Below, one piece after another: positions 8,135 through 16,240 of a DNA stretch of 42,351 bases. Source of the stretch: Escherichia phage vB_EcoM-ep3. The notes under the pieces were generated by a model that searched no databases, was not told where the DNA came from, and saw nothing but the letters and a program-made list of their open reading frames with translations. Position 1 is the stretch's first letter; every line of letters begins with the position of its first letter. The translations under genes were made by a program, and so were the position numbers. The stretch is taken from sequence record NC_025430.1. The stretch is one strand, 5' to 3'.

Positions 8135-10444
8135 ATGAGTGCACAACAAAACTATAAGGATTTGACCGAACAGGAAATTGCAGAAGCACTTTCCTACATC
8201 GACGCCGGTTGCGACCGTGAAACATGGGTGCGCATGGCGATGGCGGTTAAATCGGAACTAGGCGACGGCGGTTTCACCGTCTGGAATGACTGGTCACGCC
8301 AGTCTGACAAGTACAACAGCAAAGACGCGCGCGACACCTGGAAATCAGTGAAGCGTCACGGCGGCATTGGCATTGGCACCCTGATTGGTGAGGCGCAGCA
8401 GTTCGGCTTTTCCCTGAACGATGCAGAACGCACGCCGCTGACAGCGGAAGAAATCGACGCACGCAAGCGCAAGCGCGAAGCCGAAGAAAAGGCAGAGCAG
8501 CAGCGCCGCGCCGAACGTATGGCGCAGGCAGCCGAACAGGCGCGCAACATATGGGAATCAGCCACCGAACTGGAAGGCGATGAACACCCCTATTTGCAGC
8601 GCAAGCAGGTGCAGGCGTTCGGCCTGCGCGTTGGGCGGTTCTGGACCGAAAAGCGCAGCATTGATGGTGCGCTACTGGTTCCTGTGCGTAACATTGACGG
8701 GCAGATCACCAGCTTGCAGGCCATCTTCCCGAACGAAAACCCACAGCTAGGGCGTGACCGTGATTATTTGCCTGGCGGCCAGAAGCGCGGATGCTTCCAC
8801 GTCATAGGCGGCAAGCCGACTGGCGGAAGCCCGGTTATTGTCATCTGTGAGGGCTATTCAACCGGCGCGTCAATCCACCAGGCAACCGGCTACTGCGTTG
8901 TAGTGGCGTTTGATGCCGGTAACGTTCCGACCGTGGCCAAGTTGATGCGCCAGCAGTTCGGACGCGCAACAATTGTTGTGGCAGCCGATAACGACCAGTG
9001 GCACGAAGATGGCAAGCAAAATGATGGCGTTCACTACGCGCGCCAGGCCGCAACCACATGCGGTGGCCTGCTGGTGGTTCCGAAGTTCGCCGCATTAAGC
9101 GACAAGCCGACCGACTTTAACGACCTGCACAACCTGCAAGGGCTGGCAGAAGTTAAGCGGCAGATTAACGCCGCAATACCTGAACCGGCAAATGACAACT
9201 TTCTGCCGCTGGATGCAACGGTCAACCCGTTCATGTACCCGCACATGAGCCACCAGCAAAAGCCATTAAGCACCTGGGAAAACCTGGAATGGCTGCTGGA
9301 ACAGTACGGCATCACGGCGCGATATAACGAAATCAGCAAAGATGTGGTGGTGACCATTCCAGGGCGTGACTACGGCGTTGACGCTGCGGCCAACTGTTCC
9401 CTGGCGGAAGTTTCCAGCCTGTGTGCCCGCAACGGTATGCCAAAAGGTGATGTGGGCGACTACATCAAGCTGATTGGCGTGGCCAACCGTTACAACCCGG
9501 CTGCTGATTTCATCACGTCACGGCCATGGGATGGCGTCAGCCGCATTTATGACCTGGTTGACACCCTGACCACGCCGGAAGGCTTTGACCGCAGCCTGGT
9601 GCTGATGATGGTGCGCCGCTGGCTGATTTCTGCCGTGGCTGCCGTCATGAAGCCAACCGGGTTCTGGTCCAAAGGCGTCCTGGTGTTACAGGGTGACCAG
9701 TCATTGGGGAAAACGTCCTGGTTTAAAGCACTGCTGCCGCCGACCATGCGCGACCTGGTGAAAGATGGCGCGACCATCGACCCTAGCAACAAAGACAGCG
9801 TGACCACCGCGATTGGCCACTGGATGGTTGAGCTGGGCGAACTAGATGCAACGTTCCGCAAGGCTGACATTGCCAGGCTGAAATCCTTCATCAGTTCTGA
9901 CGTGGACATGCTGCGCCGCCCTTATGACCGGCTTGAATCGAAGTACCAGCGCCGAACGGTGTTTTTTGCGTCAGTGAACCCCAAACACTTCCTGGCCGAT
10001 GACACCGGGAACGTTCGCTGGTGGACCATTCCGGTGACCGGCGTGAACTACGCCCACGACATCGACACGCAACAGTTATGGGCAGAAGTGGCGCAACTGT
10101 ACCGTGACGGCGAACGCTGGTGGCTGGATCGTGATGAAGAAGCCATGCTGGAAGGCGTCAACAAGGAACACGAATCCATTGACCCGGTAGAGGAAATGAT
10201 ACTGGCGCGCTTTGAGTGGGGCAGCGAACGCATCAGCGCCTACCGCGAACATACCGCCAGCCAGGTGTTGCAGGAAATCGGATTTGATAAGCCGAACAAG
10301 TCACAGGCCACGCATTGCAGTAACGTGCTGCGCAAGCTGACCGGGCAGGAACCGCGCAAGACGAAAAACGGGCGGTTCTTCAACCTGCCGCCGAAGGTGT
10401 TGCAGCCGGATTACCGGCGACCAGATGACAATTCACCGTTTTGA
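8135..10444 (+). CDS. DNA primase-helicase (P4 alpha-like)
   Basis: 769 aa; N-terminal primase-like region, TOPRIM-like acidic motifs (VIVICEGYSTG, VVAADNDQ), C-terminal NTPase region with Walker A QGDQSLGKTS; size and domain order match P4 alpha-type primases. Confidence 0.88.
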   Translation: MSAQQNYKDLTEQEIAEALSYIDAGCDRETWVRMAMAVKSELGDGGFTVWNDWSRQSDKYNSKDARDTWKSVKRHGGIGIGTLIGEAQQFGFSLNDAERTPLTAEEIDARKRKREAEEKAEQQRRAERMAQAAEQARNIWESATELEGDEHPYLQRKQVQAFGLRVGRFWTEKRSIDGALLVPVRNIDGQITSLQAIFPNENPQLGRDRDYLPGGQKRGCFHVIGGKPTGGSPVIVICEGYSTGASIHQATGYCVVVAFDAGNVPTVAKLMRQQFGRATIVVAADNDQWHEDGKQNDGVHYARQAATTCGGLLVVPKFAALSDKPTDFNDLHNLQGLAEVKRQINAAIPEPANDNFLPLDATVNPFMYPHMSHQQKPLSTWENLEWLLEQYGITARYNEISKDVVVTIPGRDYGVDAAANCSLAEVSSLCARNGMPKGDVGDYIKLIGVANRYNPAADFITSRPWDGVSRIYDLVDTLTTPEGFDRSLVLMMVRRWLISAVAAVMKPTGFWSKGVLVLQGDQSLGKTSWFKALLPPTMRDLVKDGATIDPSNKDSVTTAIGHWMVELGELDATFRKADIARLKSFISSDVDMLRRPYDRLESKYQRRTVFFASVNPKHFLADDTGNVRWWTIPVTGVNYAHDIDTQQLWAEVAQLYRDGERWWLDRDEEAMLEGVNKEHESIDPVEEMILARFEWGSERISAYREHTASQVLQEIGFDKPNKSQATHCSNVLRKLTGQEPRKTKNGRFFNLPPKVLQPDYRRPDDNSPF

Positions 10445-10451
10445 ATAATAA

Positions 10452-10475
10452 CCCGCTTCGGCGGGTTTTGTTTTT
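10452..10475 (+). terminator. intrinsic terminator after the primase gene
   Basis: CCCGC-TTCG-GCGGG hairpin (10452-10465) followed by TTTTGTTTTT. Confidence 0.8.
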
Positions 10476-10540
10476 ATTGATAGGTATAAACGATTATATC
10501 ATTTACATAAGTAAATATAGAATTCATCTATCGAAAACGA

Positions 10541-10565
10541 GACAAACCAAACAAACCAAACAAAG
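10541..10565 (+). repeat. CA-rich tandem repeat leader (CAAACCAAA x2.5)
   Basis: GACAAACCAAACAAACCAAACAAAG directly upstream of the methyltransferase ATG, where no Shine-Dalgarno is visible; shares the 8-mer GACAAACC with the 17-bp motif. Confidence 0.5.
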
Positions 10566-10567
10566 TA

Positions 10568-11545
10568 ATGGGTAGCATTGTGAATAAATACGAATTGCAT
10601 TTAGGTGATTGCCTGGAAGTTATGAAGTCTATTCCAGCCGGTAGCGTTGATTTGGTTCTGTGTGATCCGCCGTATGGCACCGCTGGCGGAATGGGAAAGG
10701 GTGAAGAACGCTATTCACGAATTGCGAACGCTGAATGGGATAACGCTATTTCTCCGCAGGCCATTTTTGAAGAATGCAACCGCGTTTTGCGAACTAACGG
10801 CGCTCTTATTCTGTTCAGCCAGGAACCTTACACCAGCAAGTTAATCACAGCGGCGCATGGAAATCTGCCTTTCAGTTATCGACTAATGTGGCTGAAAGAC
10901 CATTTCTCTAACTCGCTGTTGGTAAATAAAGCGCCTGTTTCATACTTTGAAGATTTAGTGGTGTTCTTCAAGAAATATGACACGCTGGCACAGCATCCGC
11001 TAAGGGATTATGCCAAAAAAATCATGGAATACATTGGCAGAAATATAAAGCAGATAAACACTGATTTAGGTCACAGGCGCGCGGAACACTTTTTTTATGT
11101 TGAATCAACGCAGTTCGGGCTGTGTACTGAAAAGACATACAACCAGATTATTGCGCACTATGGGCTTAGTGTGTGTGACTGGCTTATGACTTATGCTGAA
11201 ATGTTAGAAATTGACCGCAGGTTTGCCCGCAGGTTTAACCTGGCGGATGGTGCAAAATACAAATCTAACGTTCTTCAGTACAAAAAGGATTATACCGGCC
11301 TTCACCCAACACAGAAGCCGGTAGCACTGCTGGCTGACATCATCAGGACATATTCAAACCCTGGCGAAACGGTTCTAGATTTCACTATGGGGAGCGGGTC
11401 AACAGGAGTCGCCTGCATCAATGAAGGCCGTAACTTCATAGGAATTGAACTTGATGAAACCTATTTCCAGACAGCGCAGGGGCGCATAATGGAAGCAGCA
11501 GCCGCAAACGATAACCAGGCAAGTAGCAATTCTGTTGTAGCATAA
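10568..11545 (+). CDS. DNA methyltransferase (N6-adenine/N4-cytosine, beta-class)
   Basis: 325 aa; motif IV LCDPPYGT precedes motif I LDFTMGSGSTG (beta-class order); AT-rich relative to neighbours; no cognate restriction enzyme gene nearby. Confidence 0.85.
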   Translation: MGSIVNKYELHLGDCLEVMKSIPAGSVDLVLCDPPYGTAGGMGKGEERYSRIANAEWDNAISPQAIFEECNRVLRTNGALILFSQEPYTSKLITAAHGNLPFSYRLMWLKDHFSNSLLVNKAPVSYFEDLVVFFKKYDTLAQHPLRDYAKKIMEYIGRNIKQINTDLGHRRAEHFFYVESTQFGLCTEKTYNQIIAHYGLSVCDWLMTYAEMLEIDRRFARRFNLADGAKYKSNVLQYKKDYTGLHPTQKPVALLADIIRTYSNPGETVLDFTMGSGSTGVACINEGRNFIGIELDETYFQTAQGRIMEAAAANDNQASSNSVVA

Positions 11546-11592
11546 CCACCATTCCCCACCAGTGTGGGCCAATAAAAACGAGGTAACACCCG

Positions 11593-12420
11593 ATGAAACA
11601 AGTAACGATTGACAACGTGCGCGAGCGCATAGCGGAACTGGAAATGGTCAACAGCCACGGTGAACTGTCACTGCGCGGCGAATTTGAACTGGCGTGTTTG
11701 CGGATGCTGGCCGATTCAATGGGCGGCGTTGATGATGACGTGCGCAACGTGGTGGCCCTGCTGGAAAACAACGAATGGGCCGAGCACTGCACTAAAACAG
11801 AGCTTGGCCAGCGCCTGGAAAGCGAAATAACCCGCCTGGTTGGGGACGTGCAGCCAGTGCCGGTGGTAAGCGATGCTGACCCATCACTAAACGCCATGAT
11901 GCGTGCGCTTGATGCGTTCTATGCTGATGACTATGTGCCGGAACGTGCCATGCTGGCAGCTTTCAGAATCCTGCTGGCGGATGTGCGTGAAAAGCCAGCG
12001 CCGGTGGTAACTGATGATAGGCTGCTGGAAAACCTTGAAACGCGCATCAAAAGCCTGGAAATCGGTGAACGCAAAGGCGCATTGAGCACGCATCAGGAAA
12101 TCAGCCTTAAGGCGTATCGCCTGACTGTCCAGTGTCTGCGTTCGTCTGCCATCAGTGATGAAACAGACAACACCGCGCAGCAGTTCGAATCGTTGGCTGG
12201 CATCAATGCGAACAAACATCATGACCAGTGGGTGAATTGCAGCGAAAGGCTTCCAGATCGCTTCCGTGACGTTCCTGTGATGCTTTCTGATGGTTCCCAG
12301 CGAGTTGGGCGCATCAATCATAAAGATACCTGGCTGATTGCCAGTTACCACCATACAAAGCACCAATATACAGGCGACGTTGTTATGTGGTTCGACACGC
12401 CTAATCCCACCAGCGAGTGA
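11593..12420 (+). CDS. DUF551-like domain protein
   Basis: 275 aa; GAGG RBS; C-terminal WVNCSERLPD...VMWFDTPNP resembles the DUF551 pattern found at the C-terminus of many lambdoid early proteins. Confidence 0.55.
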   Translation: MKQVTIDNVRERIAELEMVNSHGELSLRGEFELACLRMLADSMGGVDDDVRNVVALLENNEWAEHCTKTELGQRLESEITRLVGDVQPVPVVSDADPSLNAMMRALDAFYADDYVPERAMLAAFRILLADVREKPAPVVTDDRLLENLETRIKSLEIGERKGALSTHQEISLKAYRLTVQCLRSSAISDETDNTAQQFESLAGINANKHHDQWVNCSERLPDRFRDVPVMLSDGSQRVGRINHKDTWLIASYHHTKHQYTGDVVMWFDTPNPTSE

Positions 12421-12431
12421 AGCGGCAAGCC

Positions 12432-12749
12432 ATGAGCCTGGCAACCGATATTCTGTGGCGCGCTTTTGTTAAGCAGGCGAAACAGAAGCCAACGCCAAAA
12501 TCCGCACCAGTGGAGGCAAAACCAAAACCGGAAGTCACGGCAATCAGCAACCGCAACCTGCACCTGGCGCGCGTCCCTGGCTGTCAGCGTCTGGCTTGGG
12601 GTTGGCAGGTTACGTGCATTGATGGCAAGCAGAAACACAAACTGGGAACCTTCAAAACAATGCCACGCGCACGCATAGCATGGCGACTTTGGCACCTGTG
12701 GAAGCGCCGGGGTTTTGCCGACATCCCAACCGGACCAAACCACGCCTAA
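12432..12749 (+). CDS. hypothetical basic protein
   Basis: Trimmed to ATG 12432 (MSLATDILW); lysine/proline-rich N-terminal half; followed by a terminator. Confidence 0.45.
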   Translation: MSLATDILWRAFVKQAKQKPTPKSAPVEAKPKPEVTAISNRNLHLARVPGCQRLAWGWQVTCIDGKQKHKLGTFKTMPRARIAWRLWHLWKRRGFADIPTGPNHA

Positions 12750-12756
12750 ACACTAA

Positions 12757-12776
12757 CCGCCTTCGGGCGGTTTTTT
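12757..12776 (+). terminator. intrinsic terminator
   Basis: CCGCC-TTCG-GGCGG hairpin followed by TTTTTT (12771-12776). Confidence 0.8.
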
Positions 12777-12838
12777 ATTGCGCAAAAGATGACAAGTATG
12801 ACAAAATAACAACGTCACCAATAACAGAGGAATTCATC

Positions 12839-13120
12839 ATGATTGAACAAAAGCTAGACCGCATCATTGAACTGCTGGAAATCATCGCGGAAGCACAACC
12901 GAAACCGCGCGTTAGTCGTAGTCAAATCAGTGATGCAAAGAGCATTATCGTTTCGCACCGAGAACAACTGAGAGGAAAGCGCATCACGTTTGGTGAATTC
13001 TGTGAAATCATTGGCGTGGAGAATTCAAAGCAAAACCGATTAAAGTTTGGTGCTGCAATGACTGAGGCTGGAGTCAAACAATACAGAACAAAAAACGCAC
13101 GTTATTATTTATTTGCATGA
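12839..13120 (+). CDS. hypothetical protein (AT-rich cargo gene)
   Basis: Trimmed to ATG 12839 (MIEQKLDRIIELLEI) with AGAGGA 8 nt upstream; the longer ORF-track version would read through the upstream terminator; terminators on both sides. Confidence 0.5.
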   Translation: MIEQKLDRIIELLEIIAEAQPKPRVSRSQISDAKSIIVSHREQLRGKRITFGEFCEIIGVENSKQNRLKFGAAMTEAGVKQYRTKNARYYLFA

Positions 13121-13140
13121 TTACTTTTATCTATTGATAC

Positions 13141-13164
13141 AGCGCCTTAATGGCGCTTTTTTTG
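13141..13164 (+). terminator. intrinsic terminator
   Basis: AGCGCC-TTAAT-GGCGCT hairpin followed by TTTTTTTGTTT. Confidence 0.8.
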
Positions 13165-13185
13165 TTTATGAGCGACTCAATAAAA

Positions 13186-13449
13186 AAGTTGGTCACCGTA
13201 GTCACCTGGTAGTCACCGCTTAAACCAATGATATATATACGAAATGACCAAGTGACCAAGGGAGACAAGGAAATAAAAGATTTTAAAAGGTGACAAAAGC
13301 ATTGAGCGCATTAGTACCTAACAGCAACTTTATGAAAACATGGTCGAGTTGGTCACCAAGCCCATAAAAACGGCGCTTTTTCCTTAAAAATCAAGGTGAC
13401 CGAGAAAAACACCGCTTGTCTCCCTGTAGTCACCTATTTCTGGTCACCG
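13186..13449. repeat. iteron array: about 10 copies of GGTCACC/GTCACC core in both orientations (candidate replication origin)
   Basis: Copies at 13191-13197, 13201-13206, 13212-13217 (tandem GTAGTCACC), 13245-13260 (TGACCAAG x2), 13289-13294, 13351-13357 (within palindrome TTGGTCACCAA), 13395-13401, 13429-13434, 13442-13448, with an AT-rich stretch at 13221-13240; no ORF. Confidence 0.7.
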
Positions 13450-13507
13450 TTCATCTTTTCGGCTACAATCCCTATATTGACTTTTATTTATAATTATTGG
13501 GGGTTAC

Positions 13508-13942
13508 ATGGAATTACCGCGCACTGTGCAGGAAATAGCTGACGTTATTGGCCGTGAACGTGCGCTATATCTTATCGGACAACTACCAAAATTGTGGGTG
13601 CCATCGCAGCAGTACCACAAAGTAATTTTGTATGTGCCAAAGCGGATTCGGCCCAATGACCCCCTGGTGAAAATTCTTGGATGGAGTGACGCCAGCAAGA
13701 TGGTGCAGCACTTCGGTGGTGAAATGCTTCACCCGGCTAATTGCGAATACATTTACCGCCGTTTCATCCACAGCAGCATCAAGCGGATGCACAGCGAAGG
13801 AATGGACGCAAAAGCCATTGCGGAACTGCTGGACGTTTCAGAACGCACCGTGAAGCGGCACTGCACTGACAAACCCCACAAAGACACATCACCTGCAAAT
13901 GACAACACTCCCGAACGACTACTAACCGCTATGGGGCAATGA
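13508..13942 (+). CDS. Mor/C-family-like transcriptional activator
   Basis: 144 aa; GGGGG RBS; central FGGE...P segment and C-terminal HTH (MDAKAIAELLDVSERTVKRH) resemble the Mu Mor/C late-activator layout; sits immediately upstream of the lysis and structural genes. Confidence 0.55.
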   Translation: MELPRTVQEIADVIGRERALYLIGQLPKLWVPSQQYHKVILYVPKRIRPNDPLVKILGWSDASKMVQHFGGEMLHPANCEYIYRRFIHSSIKRMHSEGMDAKAIAELLDVSERTVKRHCTDKPHKDTSPANDNTPERLLTAMGQ

Positions 13943-13946
13943 CGAA

Positions 13947-14267
13947 ATGGAGTTTTTCCAGAAATTTCTAGATAACATTGGGTGGGGCATCGCTGGCATA
14001 ATGGGTGCGCTGGTTTCGCTCCCGTTCCACGATGACATCAAATCTGTAAAGGCGCGCATCTGGTTCGTGTGTACCGGTGCAATCTGCGCTTACTTCCTGA
14101 CAGACCTGGTTTCTTTGTATTTCAAAATTGATCGCGGGCTGGCTGGTAGTGTTGGCTTTCTTATGGGGGCATTTGGCGGTTCGCTGCTTGCTGCTGTCAT
14201 CCGGGCCATCAAAGCAGCAGACATTTGGCAACTCCTGAAAAACCGCTTCGGTGGGGGTAACGTATGA
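13947..14267 (+). CDS. holin
   Basis: 106 aa with three predicted hydrophobic helices and a charged C-terminus; first gene of the lysis cassette. Confidence 0.65.
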   Translation: MEFFQKFLDNIGWGIAGIMGALVSLPFHDDIKSVKARIWFVCTGAICAYFLTDLVSLYFKIDRGLAGSVGFLMGAFGGSLLAAVIRAIKAADIWQLLKNRFGGGNV

Positions 14268-14545
14268 TGCTGTTTACGGTCATCAACTTCATTTCAGTCG
14301 TCATTCTATTCCTTTGGGCCACCTGGTGCGTTTTGTATCAGGGCGTGCGTGATGGCATCGTGGGGAAAATATTGTTTTCCTGCGTTGCCATTTCTGCCCT
14401 GGCAATCATCCTGCATGACATCCAGGGCACCTACACAGCCAAACCGGCAGTCACACTTCACGCCTGCATGGCGGCGGTGGCTGTTCGTCATTTCATCGTC
14501 AACACGGTTTGGAAGCCATTTTTCTCAAAGCTGTTTCATAAGTGA
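14264..14545 (+). CDS. membrane protein (second holin/antiholin-like)
   Basis: 93 aa with 2-3 hydrophobic helices; ATGA-coupled to the holin, directly upstream of the endolysin. Confidence 0.5.
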   Translation: MMLFTVINFISVVILFLWATWCVLYQGVRDGIVGKILFSCVAISALAIILHDIQGTYTAKPAVTLHACMAAVAVRHFIVNTVWKPFFSKLFHK

Positions 14546-14553
14546 GGATTGAT

Positions 14554-15033
14554 ATGAAAATTTCATCCAATGGCCTGGCTGTTCTTAAATACTTCGAGAA
14601 TTGCCACCTTAAGGCATATCCAGATCCTGCCACCGGTGGTGCGCCGTGGACGATTGGATGGGGCCACACAGGGCCAGAAGTTAAACGCGGGCTAGTGTGG
14701 ACACAAAAGCAGGCTGATGATGCACTGGTGGCCGACCTGGCACGATTTGAACGCGCAGTTAGTGCCGCCGTTCGTGTTCCGCTGAACCAGGGCCAGTTTG
14801 ATGCGCTGGTTTCGTTCACTTACAACTTGGGTGAAGGCAATCTGAAATCCAGCACGCTGCTGAAAATGGTCAACGCTGGCAACTTTGCCGGTGCTGCTGA
14901 ACAGTTCAAACGCTGGAACAAGGCGAACGGCAAGACGATGCGCGGCCTGACCCGACGCCGTGCCGCTGAACAATGCTTGTTCCTGGGCATGGGTGGTGCG
15001 TCAGCTATTGAACGCGGTGTGGCGGCAGCATGA
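14554..15033 (+). CDS. endolysin (GH24 T4-lysozyme-like)
   Basis: Trimmed to ATG 14554 (MKISSNGL) with GAGGA RBS; FENCHLKAYPD...TIGWGHT motif typical of phage lysozymes. Confidence 0.88.
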   Translation: MKISSNGLAVLKYFENCHLKAYPDPATGGAPWTIGWGHTGPEVKRGLVWTQKQADDALVADLARFERAVSAAVRVPLNQGQFDALVSFTYNLGEGNLKSSTLLKMVNAGNFAGAAEQFKRWNKANGKTMRGLTRRRAAEQCLFLGMGGASAIERGVAAA

Positions 15034-15551
15034 TGGATAAATACGCTACTCCTGTGAAACTCATTGTGGCGATAATCATCGCCTTTGCGCTGGTATCCTT
15101 CGGGTATGTATCAGGGTTCAGCAAATCAGATCGTGAATGGCAGGCCAAATGGTCTGCCCGCGATGCTGCTGACGCACAGGCACGCCAGCAATTTACCGAA
15201 CAACAACGCCGCATTGAAATACAGCGGCAGGGGGCTATTGATGCTATTCAGGAACAAGCACAGCAGGACATTGCTACAGCACAGCGTAATGCTGCCATTG
15301 CTGCTGCTGAGTCTAAGCGCCTGCAAGACGGTATCGCAGACGCCATCACCAGACTACAGGCAGATAGCGGCAATCCCGGCGCTACCATCAGCAGCAAGAC
15401 AAGGGCCAGCACCAGCAGCCTGCTTGCCGAGTTGTTCAGAGAGATTGACGCAGCAGCGGGCATCTATGCAGCAGAGGCTGACAGGGCAAGAGCCGCAGGG
15501 CTGACCTGTGAACGGGCTTACGACGCAGTGAGAGCGACATCACAACAATGA
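15030..15551 (+). CDS. i-spanin (Rz-like)
   Basis: 173 aa; N-terminal transmembrane helix then Q/A/R-rich coiled-coil periplasmic domain; ATGA overlap with the endolysin. Confidence 0.75.
   Translation: MMDKYATPVKLIVAIIIAFALVSFGYVSGFSKSDREWQAKWSARDAADAQARQQFTEQQRRIEIQRQGAIDAIQEQAQQDIATAQRNAAIAAAESKRLQDGIADAITRLQADSGNPGATISSKTRASTSSLLAELFREIDAAAGIYAAEADRARAAGLTCERAYDAVRATSQQ
15289..15504 (+). CDS. o-spanin (Rz1-like lipoprotein) embedded in Rz in the +1 frame
   Basis: Internal ATG at 15289 gives MLPLLLLSLSAC (lipobox LSAC) followed by a proline-rich mature region; fully nested in the Rz gene. Confidence 0.65.
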   Translation: MLPLLLLSLSACKTVSQTPSPDYRQIAAIPALPSAARQGPAPAACLPSCSERLTQQRASMQQRLTGQEPQG

Positions 15552-15715
15552 AAATATTTTCACGCACGACGCAAATAATGCTTGACATCAGCCGAAGTCG
15601 AAAAAGTCAAGGTACTTCCGAGGGGGGTACAGCCTGCGGGGGCATTGGTCCCGCCTAATTCGCGTTGTGCGTGGATAATCAAAATCGATTTTAGCATTAG
15701 ATAAGGCGGCATTAA
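15552..15715. other. candidate cos/packaging-site region
   Basis: ORF-free 164 bp between the spanin stop and the Nu1-like small terminase start; contains G-rich element GAGGGGGGTACAGCCTGCGGGGGCATTGGTCCCGCC (15621-15656). Position matches lambda cos (inference only). Confidence 0.3.
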
Positions 15716-16240
15716 TTGGCTAAAACAATAAAAGGCCGAACAGTAAACCGCAGCGGCCTGGCGGAAGTTTTCGGGGTAGCACCGCCAACAGTTGACCAGT
15801 GGCGAAAAGACGGCGCGCCCTACGTAACACTTGGCGGGCGTGGTAAAGAATGGGAGTACGACACCGCGCAGGTGGCGGCCTGGTTGCGTGAACGCGATGT
15901 GAAGGCGGCCACCGGCGACGTGATGGCGGATGAAACGGAATTGAAGCGCCGCAAGCTGGCAGCCGAAACCGAAAAAGCAGAACTGGAACTGGCCAAAGCC
16001 AAAGGCGAAGTGGCACCACTGGACCAGGTTGAACGCGCCGTTGCCCGCGCCTTCGCGGAAGTGCGCGCCGGGATGCGCAACCTGCCACAGCGCACCGTTT
16101 CAATGCTTATCGGTGAAACCGATGAACGCCGGTTCAAATCGGTGATGATGGGCGAAATTGACGAAGTGCTGAAATCACTGGTGACCGCTTCCCTGCTGGA
16201 TGGCTATGACGAAGGGGGCGACGGTGACAGCGAAGAATAA
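15716..16240 (+). CDS. terminase small subunit (lambda Nu1-like)
   Basis: About 174 aa; N-terminal HTH (LAEVFGVAPPTVDQWRKDGAPY) and overall layout resemble lambda Nu1; TTG start at 15716 after AAGGCGG (start uncertain); 3' end overlaps the large-subunit gene. Confidence 0.78.
   Translation: MAKTIKGRTVNRSGLAEVFGVAPPTVDQWRKDGAPYVTLGGRGKEWEYDTAQVAAWLRERDVKAATGDVMADETELKRRKLAAETEKAELELAKAKGEVAPLDQVERAVARAFAEVRAGMRNLPQRTVSMLIGETDERRFKSVMMGEIDEVLKSLVTASLLDGYDEGGDGDSEE

Noticed and set aside
13477-13494. TTGACT and TATAAT hexamers as a sigma70 promoter for the Mor-like gene
   Set aside because: The two hexamers are only 6 nt apart, incompatible with the 16-19 nt spacer; any promoter here is more likely activator-dependent.
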